Positions 1 through 6,941 of a stretch of 42,289 nucleotides of DNA are shown here, in pieces. The translations under genes and the position numbers were made by a program. The notes beneath the pieces were generated by a model. It ran no database searches and was not told the DNA's origin. It saw only the letters and a program-made list of their open reading frames with translations. The stretch is from an uncultured archaeon (lineage in GTDB: Archaea; Iainarchaeota; Iainarchaeia; Iainarchaeales; JAAZKV01): positions 1 to 42,289 of the forward strand of contig CAZJVN010000002.1 of assembly GCA_964549775.1 (NCBI GenBank), read 5' to 3'. Each line of letters begins with the position of its first letter. The stretch's first letter is position 1.

Positions 1-2
1 AA

Positions 3-257
3 AACCAACAAAAAAGATTAATGTTCTACAAATACATACCAGAAATATGTAAAGCCCTATCAACAATTACAAAAGCAAACGAAGCTTCACTAAAAACAAA
101 CATGGAAAAAATGGTTCTAACAAAACTAAAAATAGAAGACCAAAAAGATGCACAAGTAAAAGCACAAACAGAAAAAACACTTGCAGCTGATGAAAATAGT
201 TTTGTTATAGAAAACAAACCTGAAAAAAAGAAAGAAGAAAAGGAGAATAAAAAATAA
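3..257 (+). CDS. 3' end of an ORF open to the left window edge; possibly the C-terminus of DNA topoisomerase VI subunit B (context-based guess)
   Basis: Frame 3 is open from base 3 (NQQKRLMFYKYIPEICKAL...) to TAA at 255-257. It ends 41 nt upstream of top6A, which fits the common top6B-top6A arrangement. The tail is Lys/Glu-rich. No diagnostic GHKL motif is visible in the fragment. Confidence 0.3.
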   Translation, partial: NQQKRLMFYKYIPEICKALSTITKANEASLKTNMEKMVLTKLKIEDQKDAQVKAQTEKTLAADENSFVIENKPEKKKEEKENKK

Positions 258-298
258 ATACTAAAAATTATTTTTAAAAAATTAAAGGTGAAAACAAA

Positions 299-1438
299 AT
301 GGCTGAAAAAAAACAAAGAAAAGTAACAAAAACAACAGAAAAAGTTAGTCCAAAACAAATTGCTGAAAGGATAACAAAAACAGCCGAAAACATGGTTAGC
401 CAAATTGGAAAACAACAAGACCCAGAATTCACTACAATGCAAAGAGGAAAAAGCAATGTTGTTTGGGATGAAAAAAAAGGATACTTAGCGCTAGGAGAAA
501 AAGAAGTTACAAGAACTTTCCTAAATATTGCACACGCACGAAAATTCATGCAAACAACACTAATAATGCAAAAAGCACAAGACTACCTATCACACAATAA
601 AACAGCTTCAATTCGTGAAATTTATTATGAACTAAAACACACAATAAAAGACACTAAAGAAAACACTTTCGAAGGACAAGACGAGAGTGACCCAATCATA
701 GTTGATCTTGAACACTCAGTAGACACTATTAGAGAAAAACTAAACTTACATGCAAACCCAAAAGGAACACTATACGGAGACATTACTCTGCTTGACAGAA
801 TGCACCACAACGATAAATTCAATGCCTCAAAACTAGGAAGAGGAGGATGGAGTATCATGTCAAGAGTAGAACCTGAAGAAATAGAACTTGTTGACTCAAA
901 TGCTGAATATTTACTTGTCTGCGAAACTGAAGCAATTTATGAAAGACTAATTGAAGAAGGATTTCCAAAACAAAACAAATGTATCCTAATTGGAACCGGA
1001 GGACAAGCTGCTAGAGGAGCAAGAAGATTAATTCACAGAGTACACAACGAACTTGATTTACCAACTTACGTTTTCACAGACGGAGACCCATACGGGTGGT
1101 ACATTTATTCAGTAATAAAACAAGGATCAATGGCTCTTGCCGCACACTCAGAATTTATGTCAGTACCTGATGCAAAATACATTGGAATGACAATTGATGA
1201 TGTAAAAAATTATGGACTAGAAAATGTTACAGAACAAATGAAAGAAGGAGACATAAAAAGAGCAAAAGAAATGATGGCATACCCATGGTTCCAAAATAAA
1301 GAATGGCAAGACCAACTAAAAAAAGCACTAACCCAAAAAATCAGAATCGAACAACAAGCACTAGCAAACAAAAAATTAGACTTCGTTGCAACACACTACT
1401 TGCCTGAAAAAATTAGAAACAAAGAATTTTTACCTTAA
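299..1438 (+). CDS. top6A: DNA topoisomerase VI subunit A (Spo11 family)
   Basis: 379-aa ORF with Spo11/Top6A hallmarks: catalytic-Tyr segment SIREIYYELKH and Toprim acidic residues LLVCETEA and VFTDGDPYGWY. An aaaGGTGAaaac Shine-Dalgarno-like motif lies just upstream of ATG 299. Confidence 0.95.
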   Translation: MAEKKQRKVTKTTEKVSPKQIAERITKTAENMVSQIGKQQDPEFTTMQRGKSNVVWDEKKGYLALGEKEVTRTFLNIAHARKFMQTTLIMQKAQDYLSHNKTASIREIYYELKHTIKDTKENTFEGQDESDPIIVDLEHSVDTIREKLNLHANPKGTLYGDITLLDRMHHNDKFNASKLGRGGWSIMSRVEPEEIELVDSNAEYLLVCETEAIYERLIEEGFPKQNKCILIGTGGQAARGARRLIHRVHNELDLPTYVFTDGDPYGWYIYSVIKQGSMALAAHSEFMSVPDAKYIGMTIDDVKNYGLENVTEQMKEGDIKRAKEMMAYPWFQNKEWQDQLKKALTQKIRIEQQALANKKLDFVATHYLPEKIRNKEFLP

Positions 1439-1470
1439 AAATATTATTTCAACAACATTTAAGCAAAAAA

Positions 1471-2688
1471 TTATTTCTCAACGCTTAATAAAACTTTTTC
1501 AGTAGTTTCTAAATCTCCAATAGAAAGTAATTCAAAAAATCTTACAGTATCAAAATCTTTTAGATTAGCTTCTTCCACATTTTTTTCTAAAAGAGCAACA
1601 CCCAAATCAAGAACTCCTTTCTTTTGGTTTTGTAAGTCTTTTAATTCTAACATTTTTTTCTTAAAATCTTCAACAACTAGTTCTTTTGAAACAGAAAATA
1701 TTGCACGCCCTTCTGGAAATGAAAAAGAAACATCGCTTTGAGAAAAACCTTTCGCAAGAGAACCAGTGATTTTTAATCTAATCAAAGGACTCAACTCAAA
1801 TTTTTCTAACAAAAAAGAATTCACTTTTTCTTCAACAACTTTTTTTACTTGCTCTGGCGTGGCACTATTAAAAGTAAATTTTTCATAAAATAATTTTCTT
1901 TGAATTTTGTAAGGAACAAAATCTAATTTTTTTGTGGCAGTGTCAAAAAAGAAAACTCCTTTTTCTTTTTTTGATTCCAAGTTCTTCATTTGAGTAAAAA
2001 TACTCGAACCAGTTAATAAAAATCTTTTATCCCCAATTACTTGTTCATCTACCCAGTGAAGATGTCCATTAATAATTAAATCAAAACCACTAGGAAGATC
2101 AGCTAATGACAAAGAAGCGATCATATCATCATCAAAAGGTAAAAATTCTTTGAAAGATTGATGGAACAAAATAACATTTGTCGCACCAAGAACTGGTTTT
2201 GGATGGTATTTTTCTAAAACCTCACGAGCATGCTTTTCTGGCACACCCCCCATTCCATGAATAACTACTTTTTCTTTTTTCCCACAAACCTCATTTTCAA
2301 AAATAATATTTCCTGCATGAATATGAATCAAACAATTACTTTCTTCCAAAATGTCAAGAGCGTTAGCAAAATCTTTTCCTCTATGTTCATGAGTTCCATG
2401 AATTGCAACTATAGGAATTCCTTTTGCAAATACTCTCATTTCACCATTAATTGTATTTTTTTTAAACTCCTTTGAAGCCCCATTGTTTTGAGAAAAACAT
2501 TCATAAGTTTTTAACCAAACCTCTTGAGAGGGCGTAGCTTCATCAAACAAATCCCCTGCGTGAAGAATTAAATCCACTTTCTTTTCTTTAAATAAATTAA
2601 TTGCTTCCTTAAAACGAGAAAAAGACTCACTAAATCTATCATCAGACCCATACCCTAAATGAGTATCAGAAAAAATACCTATAAGCAT
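1471..2688 (-). CDS. mre11: Mre11/SbcD-like metallophosphoesterase (DNA double-strand-break repair nuclease)
   Basis: 405-aa ORF with calcineurin-like phosphoesterase motifs in Mre11 order: FSDTHLG, HAGDLFD, AIHGTHEH, ILFHQS, INGHLHW. The C-terminal half is non-catalytic and capping-domain-like. Confidence 0.78.
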   Translation of the reverse strand: MLIGIFSDTHLGYGSDDRFSESFSRFKEAINLFKEKKVDLILHAGDLFDEATPSQEVWLKTYECFSQNNGASKEFKKNTINGEMRVFAKGIPIVAIHGTHEHRGKDFANALDILEESNCLIHIHAGNIIFENEVCGKKEKVVIHGMGGVPEKHAREVLEKYHPKPVLGATNVILFHQSFKEFLPFDDDMIASLSLADLPSGFDLIINGHLHWVDEQVIGDKRFLLTGSSIFTQMKNLESKKEKGVFFFDTATKKLDFVPYKIQRKLFYEKFTFNSATPEQVKKVVEEKVNSFLLEKFELSPLIRLKITGSLAKGFSQSDVSFSFPEGRAIFSVSKELVVEDFKKKMLELKDLQNQKKGVLDLGVALLEKNVEEANLKDFDTVRFFELLSIGDLETTEKVLLSVEK

Positions 2689-2760
2689 ACTAAACTTATG
2701 TTTGAAAAGGATTAAAAAATCCTAACCAACAAAAAAACAAACCCCAAAATAATAAATTTA

Positions 2761-3594
2761 CTAATCAAAAGGAGTTGAGTTGAAATCAACAAAAAGTGGA
2801 GAGAGCGGTTTTAAACCAATTTTTTTTGTACACTCCATTAATTCTTTTTCATTAATAGAGTCGGAAAAAACTCCTGCAACTTTTCCTTCACTAAACAATT
2901 CTTTTATTTTTTCTTCTTCAACTTTTTTTATTATTTTAAAAGAATTAAATTTTTCAAGATCAACTAAATCTGTTTTTCCACAATAAATCAAATTTACTCC
3001 AGATCGTAATAACAAATAACCTAGCTTTAGAGCAAACTTGTCTCCAATTAGTATTGAAGTTCCTTGAGTAGACACCGGCAACCCTTGTGCGCCCTTAATT
3101 TCTTTAAAATAAAAATAAGAAAAACCATTCATTGAAAGACAATAAAATTCGCTAATTGGTTCTTTTAATTTTACTGACAATTTTGGAAAGCACTTTAGTA
3201 CTTCTGACCCTAAAGCGATTTCTAGATCTTTTGAAGAAAAACTTTCACAAAAACTTTTTCCCCTAATTGCAAAAGTGTTTTCTAAATTTTCACCACACAA
3301 ATCTAACACATTAGAACAAATGTTTTCAAGTGATGTTGTTTTTCTTTTTTCTGCAATAAAAAAAGAACTAACTCCAAAACAATTCTTTAAAGCAAACACT
3401 ACTCCTTTAGGGTCTTTACAATCAATAAATATTCTGCCACAAAAAGCACTAATTTTTATAAAATCTATCCCTTGTTTGTTTAAGTAAAAAGAAATATTTT
3501 CTTTTAAAATTGAAAACCACCTTGATTTAACTTCCGAACTCTTTAAAGAAATCTCTGAGTTAGCCAAAATTATTACACAATTTGGAGAAAACAT
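2761..3594 (-). CDS. THUMP-domain protein, ThiI-like but with a degenerate PP-loop
   Basis: 277-aa ORF. The N-terminal region is ThiI-like ferredoxin-like plus THUMP (EISLKSSEVKSRWF, TFAIRGKSF, KGAQGLPVSTQG). The position where ThiI carries SGGxDS reads ILIGDKFA, and the protein is shorter than the ThiI proteins I recall. Confidence 0.5.
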   Translation of the reverse strand: MFSPNCVIILANSEISLKSSEVKSRWFSILKENISFYLNKQGIDFIKISAFCGRIFIDCKDPKGVVFALKNCFGVSSFFIAEKRKTTSLENICSNVLDLCGENLENTFAIRGKSFCESFSSKDLEIALGSEVLKCFPKLSVKLKEPISEFYCLSMNGFSYFYFKEIKGAQGLPVSTQGTSILIGDKFALKLGYLLLRSGVNLIYCGKTDLVDLEKFNSFKIIKKVEEEKIKELFSEGKVAGVFSDSINEKELMECTKKIGLKPLSPLFVDFNSTPFD

Positions 3595-3734
3595 ACAAAA
3601 ACTCTATAAAAAAACAATTAAAAATCAAAAGGCAAACCAAAATCCGCTCCAAAATCAATTTTTTAAACTAGGAAAGAATATAAACTTTTTATCCCTTAAT
3701 TGCAAAGACAAAAAACCAAATTAAGTGAATCCGA

Positions 3735-5552
3735 ATGGAAGCATTAACTCTTTTTATTGTTTTAGCCCAAATAATTATAGGGGCTGCTTTTTTTAGTGCA
3801 ATATTAAGAAAATTAAACCAACCCACACTATTTGCGTATATTATTGCAGGAATAATAATTGGACCACTAGTGTTAGGATCCATTGATTTTTCAGGGTTGA
3901 ATTTACCTTTTGATATTGGAATAAAAAATATTACTCCCGAAATACAATTATTAGCAAGTCTTGGAACAGCACTATTACTTTTTTCAATAGGAATTGAAAC
4001 TTCTATTGAAAAATTATTTAAAGTTGGAAAACCATTAATAATAAACACTATTTTACAAACTGTTATTCTTATCATAATTACTATTTTATTCTCAACTGCA
4101 ACAAACCTTTTAACATTTGAACAATCACTATTTGTGGCAGTAATAATTTCTTCCTCATCAACAATGATTGTAATAAAAGTTCTAACTGATAATAAAGAAA
4201 TAAATACTTTGACTGGAAAAGTTATTTTATCAATAACTTTAATTCAAGATTTTTTAATAATATTTTTTACACCCCTTCTAACAGACATTAGTTCAATATT
4301 TGATTTAAATTTCACATTATTAATAATTGGAAAAACACTAGTACTAATAGCAATCGCAATTTTATTTAATAAAATTATTTTTCCAAAACTTTTTGAAGTT
4401 GCATCAAAAGAACAAGAGTTATTCTTTTTAGTGAGTATTGCAACAGGATTCTTTTTTATAGGAATTGGATACTTGCTTGATTTACCTATAAGCATTACTG
4501 GGTTTATTGGAGGGTTGGCTTTAAGTACTCTAAGTTTTAATACTTCAATTTTTTCAAAAATACGAGCCTTACGAGATTTTTTCTTAATAATATTTTTTGT
4601 AACTCTTGGGATTCAAATAAATTTTTCACTCGGATCCTTAAAAATTGAATTAATTTTATTATTACTATTTTTAATATTTATCCTAAAACCAGTTACTCTT
4701 TTTATTTTAACAATCTTTTCAGGGTATGGTGGAAAAATTGGAGTAAACTCCGCTTTTTCTTTAGTTCAAATATCTGAATTTGGTTTTTATTTAGCAGCAC
4801 TTGGTTTAACTGTAACTGGACCAAATGGAGTGGCAGTAATTGGAGAAAATTTATTTTCTCTATTAATAATTTTAACCGCAGTTTCAATGTTAATGGCGCC
4901 GTATTTAATTACTTTTAGTGATAAAGCTTGGAACAAGGTTCACAAAAAAAATAAACTCTTTGATATTTTTGATAACAAATTTTTTGCAAGACAATTATTC
5001 AAGCTACAAAACATTTCTACAAAAAAACAAATGAAAAACCACATTGTTATAATTGGGGGAAATGTTACTGGAAGAGAACTTGCAAGAAAGTTTTTAAAAG
5101 AAAAAGAAGAGGTAGTAATTGTTGAATCAAACCCTGATATTATCTCTCAAGGAATAAAAGACAAATTACCTTTCATTTACGCTACAAGCGATGATGATAA
5201 TTTTTTAGAAAAAACTGATGCTTGTGAAGCAAAATTAATTATTATCACAATAAAAAATATTGCAGAAGCAAAAATGTTTGTTAGTTTAATCAAAATGAGT
5301 TGTAAAAAACCAAAAATATATGTAATTGCACACCACTTTGAAGAAGCACTCGAATTTTACAAAAAAGGAGTAGACTTTGTGGCAATGCCAACACTAATAA
5401 GCGCAACACAATTAGCAGAACTAGCTTATTTTGGAGATAAAAAAACAAATCTCGCAAAGTATGAAAAATTTAAAACTGAACAAATTAATTACATTAAAAA
5501 ACAAGCCCAAGAAGACAAAAATTATGATACACGACTTGTTCCAAAAAACTGA
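3735..5552 (+). CDS. Kef-type monovalent cation:proton antiporter (CPA2) with C-terminal RCK/TrkA-N domain
   Basis: 605-aa ORF. About 400 aa form multiple hydrophobic helices typical of Na+/H+ exchanger folds. These are followed by a Rossmann-like RCK segment HIVIIGGNVTGRELARKF...VVIVESNPD. An aaGTGAatccga motif precedes the ATG. Confidence 0.85.
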   Translation: MEALTLFIVLAQIIIGAAFFSAILRKLNQPTLFAYIIAGIIIGPLVLGSIDFSGLNLPFDIGIKNITPEIQLLASLGTALLLFSIGIETSIEKLFKVGKPLIINTILQTVILIIITILFSTATNLLTFEQSLFVAVIISSSSTMIVIKVLTDNKEINTLTGKVILSITLIQDFLIIFFTPLLTDISSIFDLNFTLLIIGKTLVLIAIAILFNKIIFPKLFEVASKEQELFFLVSIATGFFFIGIGYLLDLPISITGFIGGLALSTLSFNTSIFSKIRALRDFFLIIFFVTLGIQINFSLGSLKIELILLLLFLIFILKPVTLFILTIFSGYGGKIGVNSAFSLVQISEFGFYLAALGLTVTGPNGVAVIGENLFSLLIILTAVSMLMAPYLITFSDKAWNKVHKKNKLFDIFDNKFFARQLFKLQNISTKKQMKNHIVIIGGNVTGRELARKFLKEKEEVVIVESNPDIISQGIKDKLPFIYATSDDDNFLEKTDACEAKLIIITIKNIAEAKMFVSLIKMSCKKPKIYVIAHHFEEALEFYKKGVDFVAMPTLISATQLAELAYFGDKKTNLAKYEKFKTEQINYIKKQAQEDKNYDTRLVPKN

Positions 5553-5628
5553 AAAATAATGAAAAAAATATTAATAAATTAAATAAAAAAACATAAATTA
5601 AGCAGTTTTTTAAACAAAACGCAAGAAA

Positions 5629-5639
5629 TTTTATTTATA
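5629..5639 (+). promoter_or_regulatory. Candidate TATA box for the tRNA-Cys transcript
   Basis: TTTATTTATAG-like element lies about 70 nt upstream of tRNA position +1. It would give a roughly 40-nt 5' leader containing the hairpin at 5684-5702. AT-rich background makes this weak. Confidence 0.25.
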
Positions 5640-5706
5640 GAATGACTGCATGAAAATAAGGTTAAACCTTTTCTAGTGCAGGTCTTTTGCCCACGGCAAA
5701 AGAAGT

Positions 5707-5847
5707 GCAGGGATAGCAAAGCGGTTATGCACCCGCCTGCAGGGCCTGTTTCGCCATGCCTAGACGAAGCAATGTCTTCGCCACGGCTCGACATAGCGAA
5801 TCGGCTTTAGTTAGTGGGATAGGAGGGTTCAACCCCCTCTCCCTGCT
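5707..5847 (+). tRNA. tRNA-Cys(GCA): tRNA-Cys (anticodon GCA) interrupted by a 70-nt intron at position 37/38
   Basis: GC-rich island folded by hand. Acceptor is GCAGGGA/TCCCTGC; D arm is GCAA-AGCGGTT-ATGC with an A13:A22 mismatch. Anticodon stem is CCCGC/GTGGG with loop C-U-GCA-G[intron]A. The variable region is 4 nt (ATAG) and the T arm is GAGGG-TTCAACC-CCCTC. The discriminator is U73 and there is no encoded CCA. Confidence 0.85.
5743..5812 (+). other. tRNA intron (70 nt, canonical 37/38 site)
   Basis: Sequence between G37 (5742) and A38 (5813). It must be removed to juxtapose CCCGC-CUGCAG with A-GUGGG. It is GC-rich with an internal stem GACGAAG...CTTCGCC. Confidence 0.7.
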
Positions 5848-5876
5848 TTTTTAAGAGGCCTCTTAACAAGCTTTTT
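5847..5876 (+). terminator. tRNA terminator region: T6 run, perfect 16-nt palindrome, second T run
   Basis: tttttt follows the tRNA 3' end directly. Then comes ttaagaggcctcttaa (5851-5866), then cttttt (5871-5876). Confidence 0.5.
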
Positions 5877-5944
5877 AAAGGTTTCATTTGAGTTTATTAA
5901 TATAACTTGGTGAGTAAATTTTCAATTTAATTTGGTGATAAATA

Positions 5945-6733
5945 ATGGGACTAAGACCAGCAAAATGTTACACTAATCCTCGAGGAGGAAAAAGAATAAG
6001 AAAAGGAGCTTGCGGTTATGCAAGAAAAATAAATCACCAAAGAGCTTATACAAGAATTGCAATAACTGCACCGGATAGAAATTATATCGGAGCATCACCT
6101 GCTTTAAGAATAAGACAATTCAATATGGGAAACCCAATTTTACCTTACAATACTGTTGCTGAACTTGTAGTTACACAAAGTATTGATGTTAGAGATAATG
6201 CTATTGAAAGTGCAAGACAAAGTATTAACAGAAAACTAGTAAAAGCACTTGGAAAAGAAGGATTCTTTATGAAGGTAAGAGTTTACCCTTCACACATTTT
6301 AAGAGAAAATAAACAAGCACAAGGAGCAGGAGCGGATCGTGTATCCCAAGGAATGTGTTTATCATTTGGAGTACCTAATGGTAGAGCAGCAAGAGTAAGA
6401 GCAGGACAAACTATTTACAGTGTACTATGCATGGATACACAAAAAGCTGCAGTTAAAGACGCGCTAATGAGAGCAAGAACAAGATTTCCTTGCAGTGTAA
6501 AAGTTGAATTTCACAAAGATGTTAAAAGTATTGGAACAATTCCTACAAAAGTTGTTGAAGAAAAAGTTGCAAAAGTTGTTACAACAGAAGCTACTCCTGC
6601 AGAAGGAACAGCAGGAACAACTCCAGATGCAACAGGAAAAACACCAGCAGCAGATGCAGGAAAAACACCAGCAGGAAAAGAAACACCTGGAGCAAAAGCA
6701 GATGCAAAAGCCCCAGCTGGAAAAAAGAAATAA
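5945..6733 (+). CDS. rpl10e: 50S ribosomal protein uL16 (L10e) with a long low-complexity C-terminal extension
   Basis: 262-aa ORF. L10e core segments are RPAKCY, AYTR, IRQFNMGN, FFMKVRVYPSHILRENK, GAGADRVSQGM and GRAARVRAGQTIY. A GGTGAt SD precedes the ATG. The last ~70 aa are a Thr/Pro/Ala/Gly/Lys tail. Confidence 0.93.
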   Translation: MGLRPAKCYTNPRGGKRIRKGACGYARKINHQRAYTRIAITAPDRNYIGASPALRIRQFNMGNPILPYNTVAELVVTQSIDVRDNAIESARQSINRKLVKALGKEGFFMKVRVYPSHILRENKQAQGAGADRVSQGMCLSFGVPNGRAARVRAGQTIYSVLCMDTQKAAVKDALMRARTRFPCSVKVEFHKDVKSIGTIPTKVVEEKVAKVVTTEATPAEGTAGTTPDATGKTPAADAGKTPAGKETPGAKADAKAPAGKKK

Positions 6734-6758
6734 ACAAATTAAAAATATTTTCAAATTT

Positions 6759-6793
6759 TTGGTTGAATTTTTTCAACCAAAAAAACTTTTTTT
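6759..6793 (+). terminator. Hairpin plus T run downstream of rpl10e
   Basis: TTGGTTGAA-tttt-TTCAACCAA (9-bp stem, 6759-6780) is followed by ctttttttaaa. Confidence 0.45.
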
Positions 6794-6941
6794 AAAAATT
6801 CCAAATTAAATACAAAAATTAACTAATTTTTTAAAAAAATCTAAACCCCCAAAAGCTTTTTTAACTACAAAATTCTTCTATTAATCAATCTTACTTAGAA
6901 AAAAATGAATTAAAAAAAGATTTTGTAAAGGTGAAAGAAAA

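Noticed and set aside
26-549. Minus-strand ORFs 26-442 and 274-549
   Set aside because: They are Phe/Ser-rich antisense translations of Lys-rich coding DNA (the upstream ORF tail and top6A), typical of an AT-rich genome.
5683-5711. Second, non-canonical intron in the acceptor stem of tRNA-Cys, suggested by the AGTGCAGG direct repeat
   Set aside because: The intervening hairpin is a continuous 8-bp stem without the two 3-nt bulges required for a bulge-helix-bulge splice motif. A 5' leader structure is the simpler explanation.
5579-5794. 71-aa minus-strand ORF across the GC-rich island
   Set aside because: It overlaps the tRNA-Cys gene and its intron. The open frame is explained by GC richness, and there is no start context.
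5743-5812. C/D-box sRNA hidden in the tRNA-Cys intron, by analogy with the haloarchaeal tRNA-Trp intron
   Set aside because: I could not find a C box (RUGAUGA) or a properly spaced D box (CUGA) in the 70-nt intron. It is kept only as something for Rfam to test.
6464-6809. ORFs 6464-6754(-), 6504-6809(+) and 6591-6776(-), encoding Cys-, Gln- or Leu-rich repeats
   Set aside because: These are alternative-frame and antisense readings of the repetitive A/G-rich DNA encoding the uL16 tail. The uL16 frame is continuous with a conserved core.
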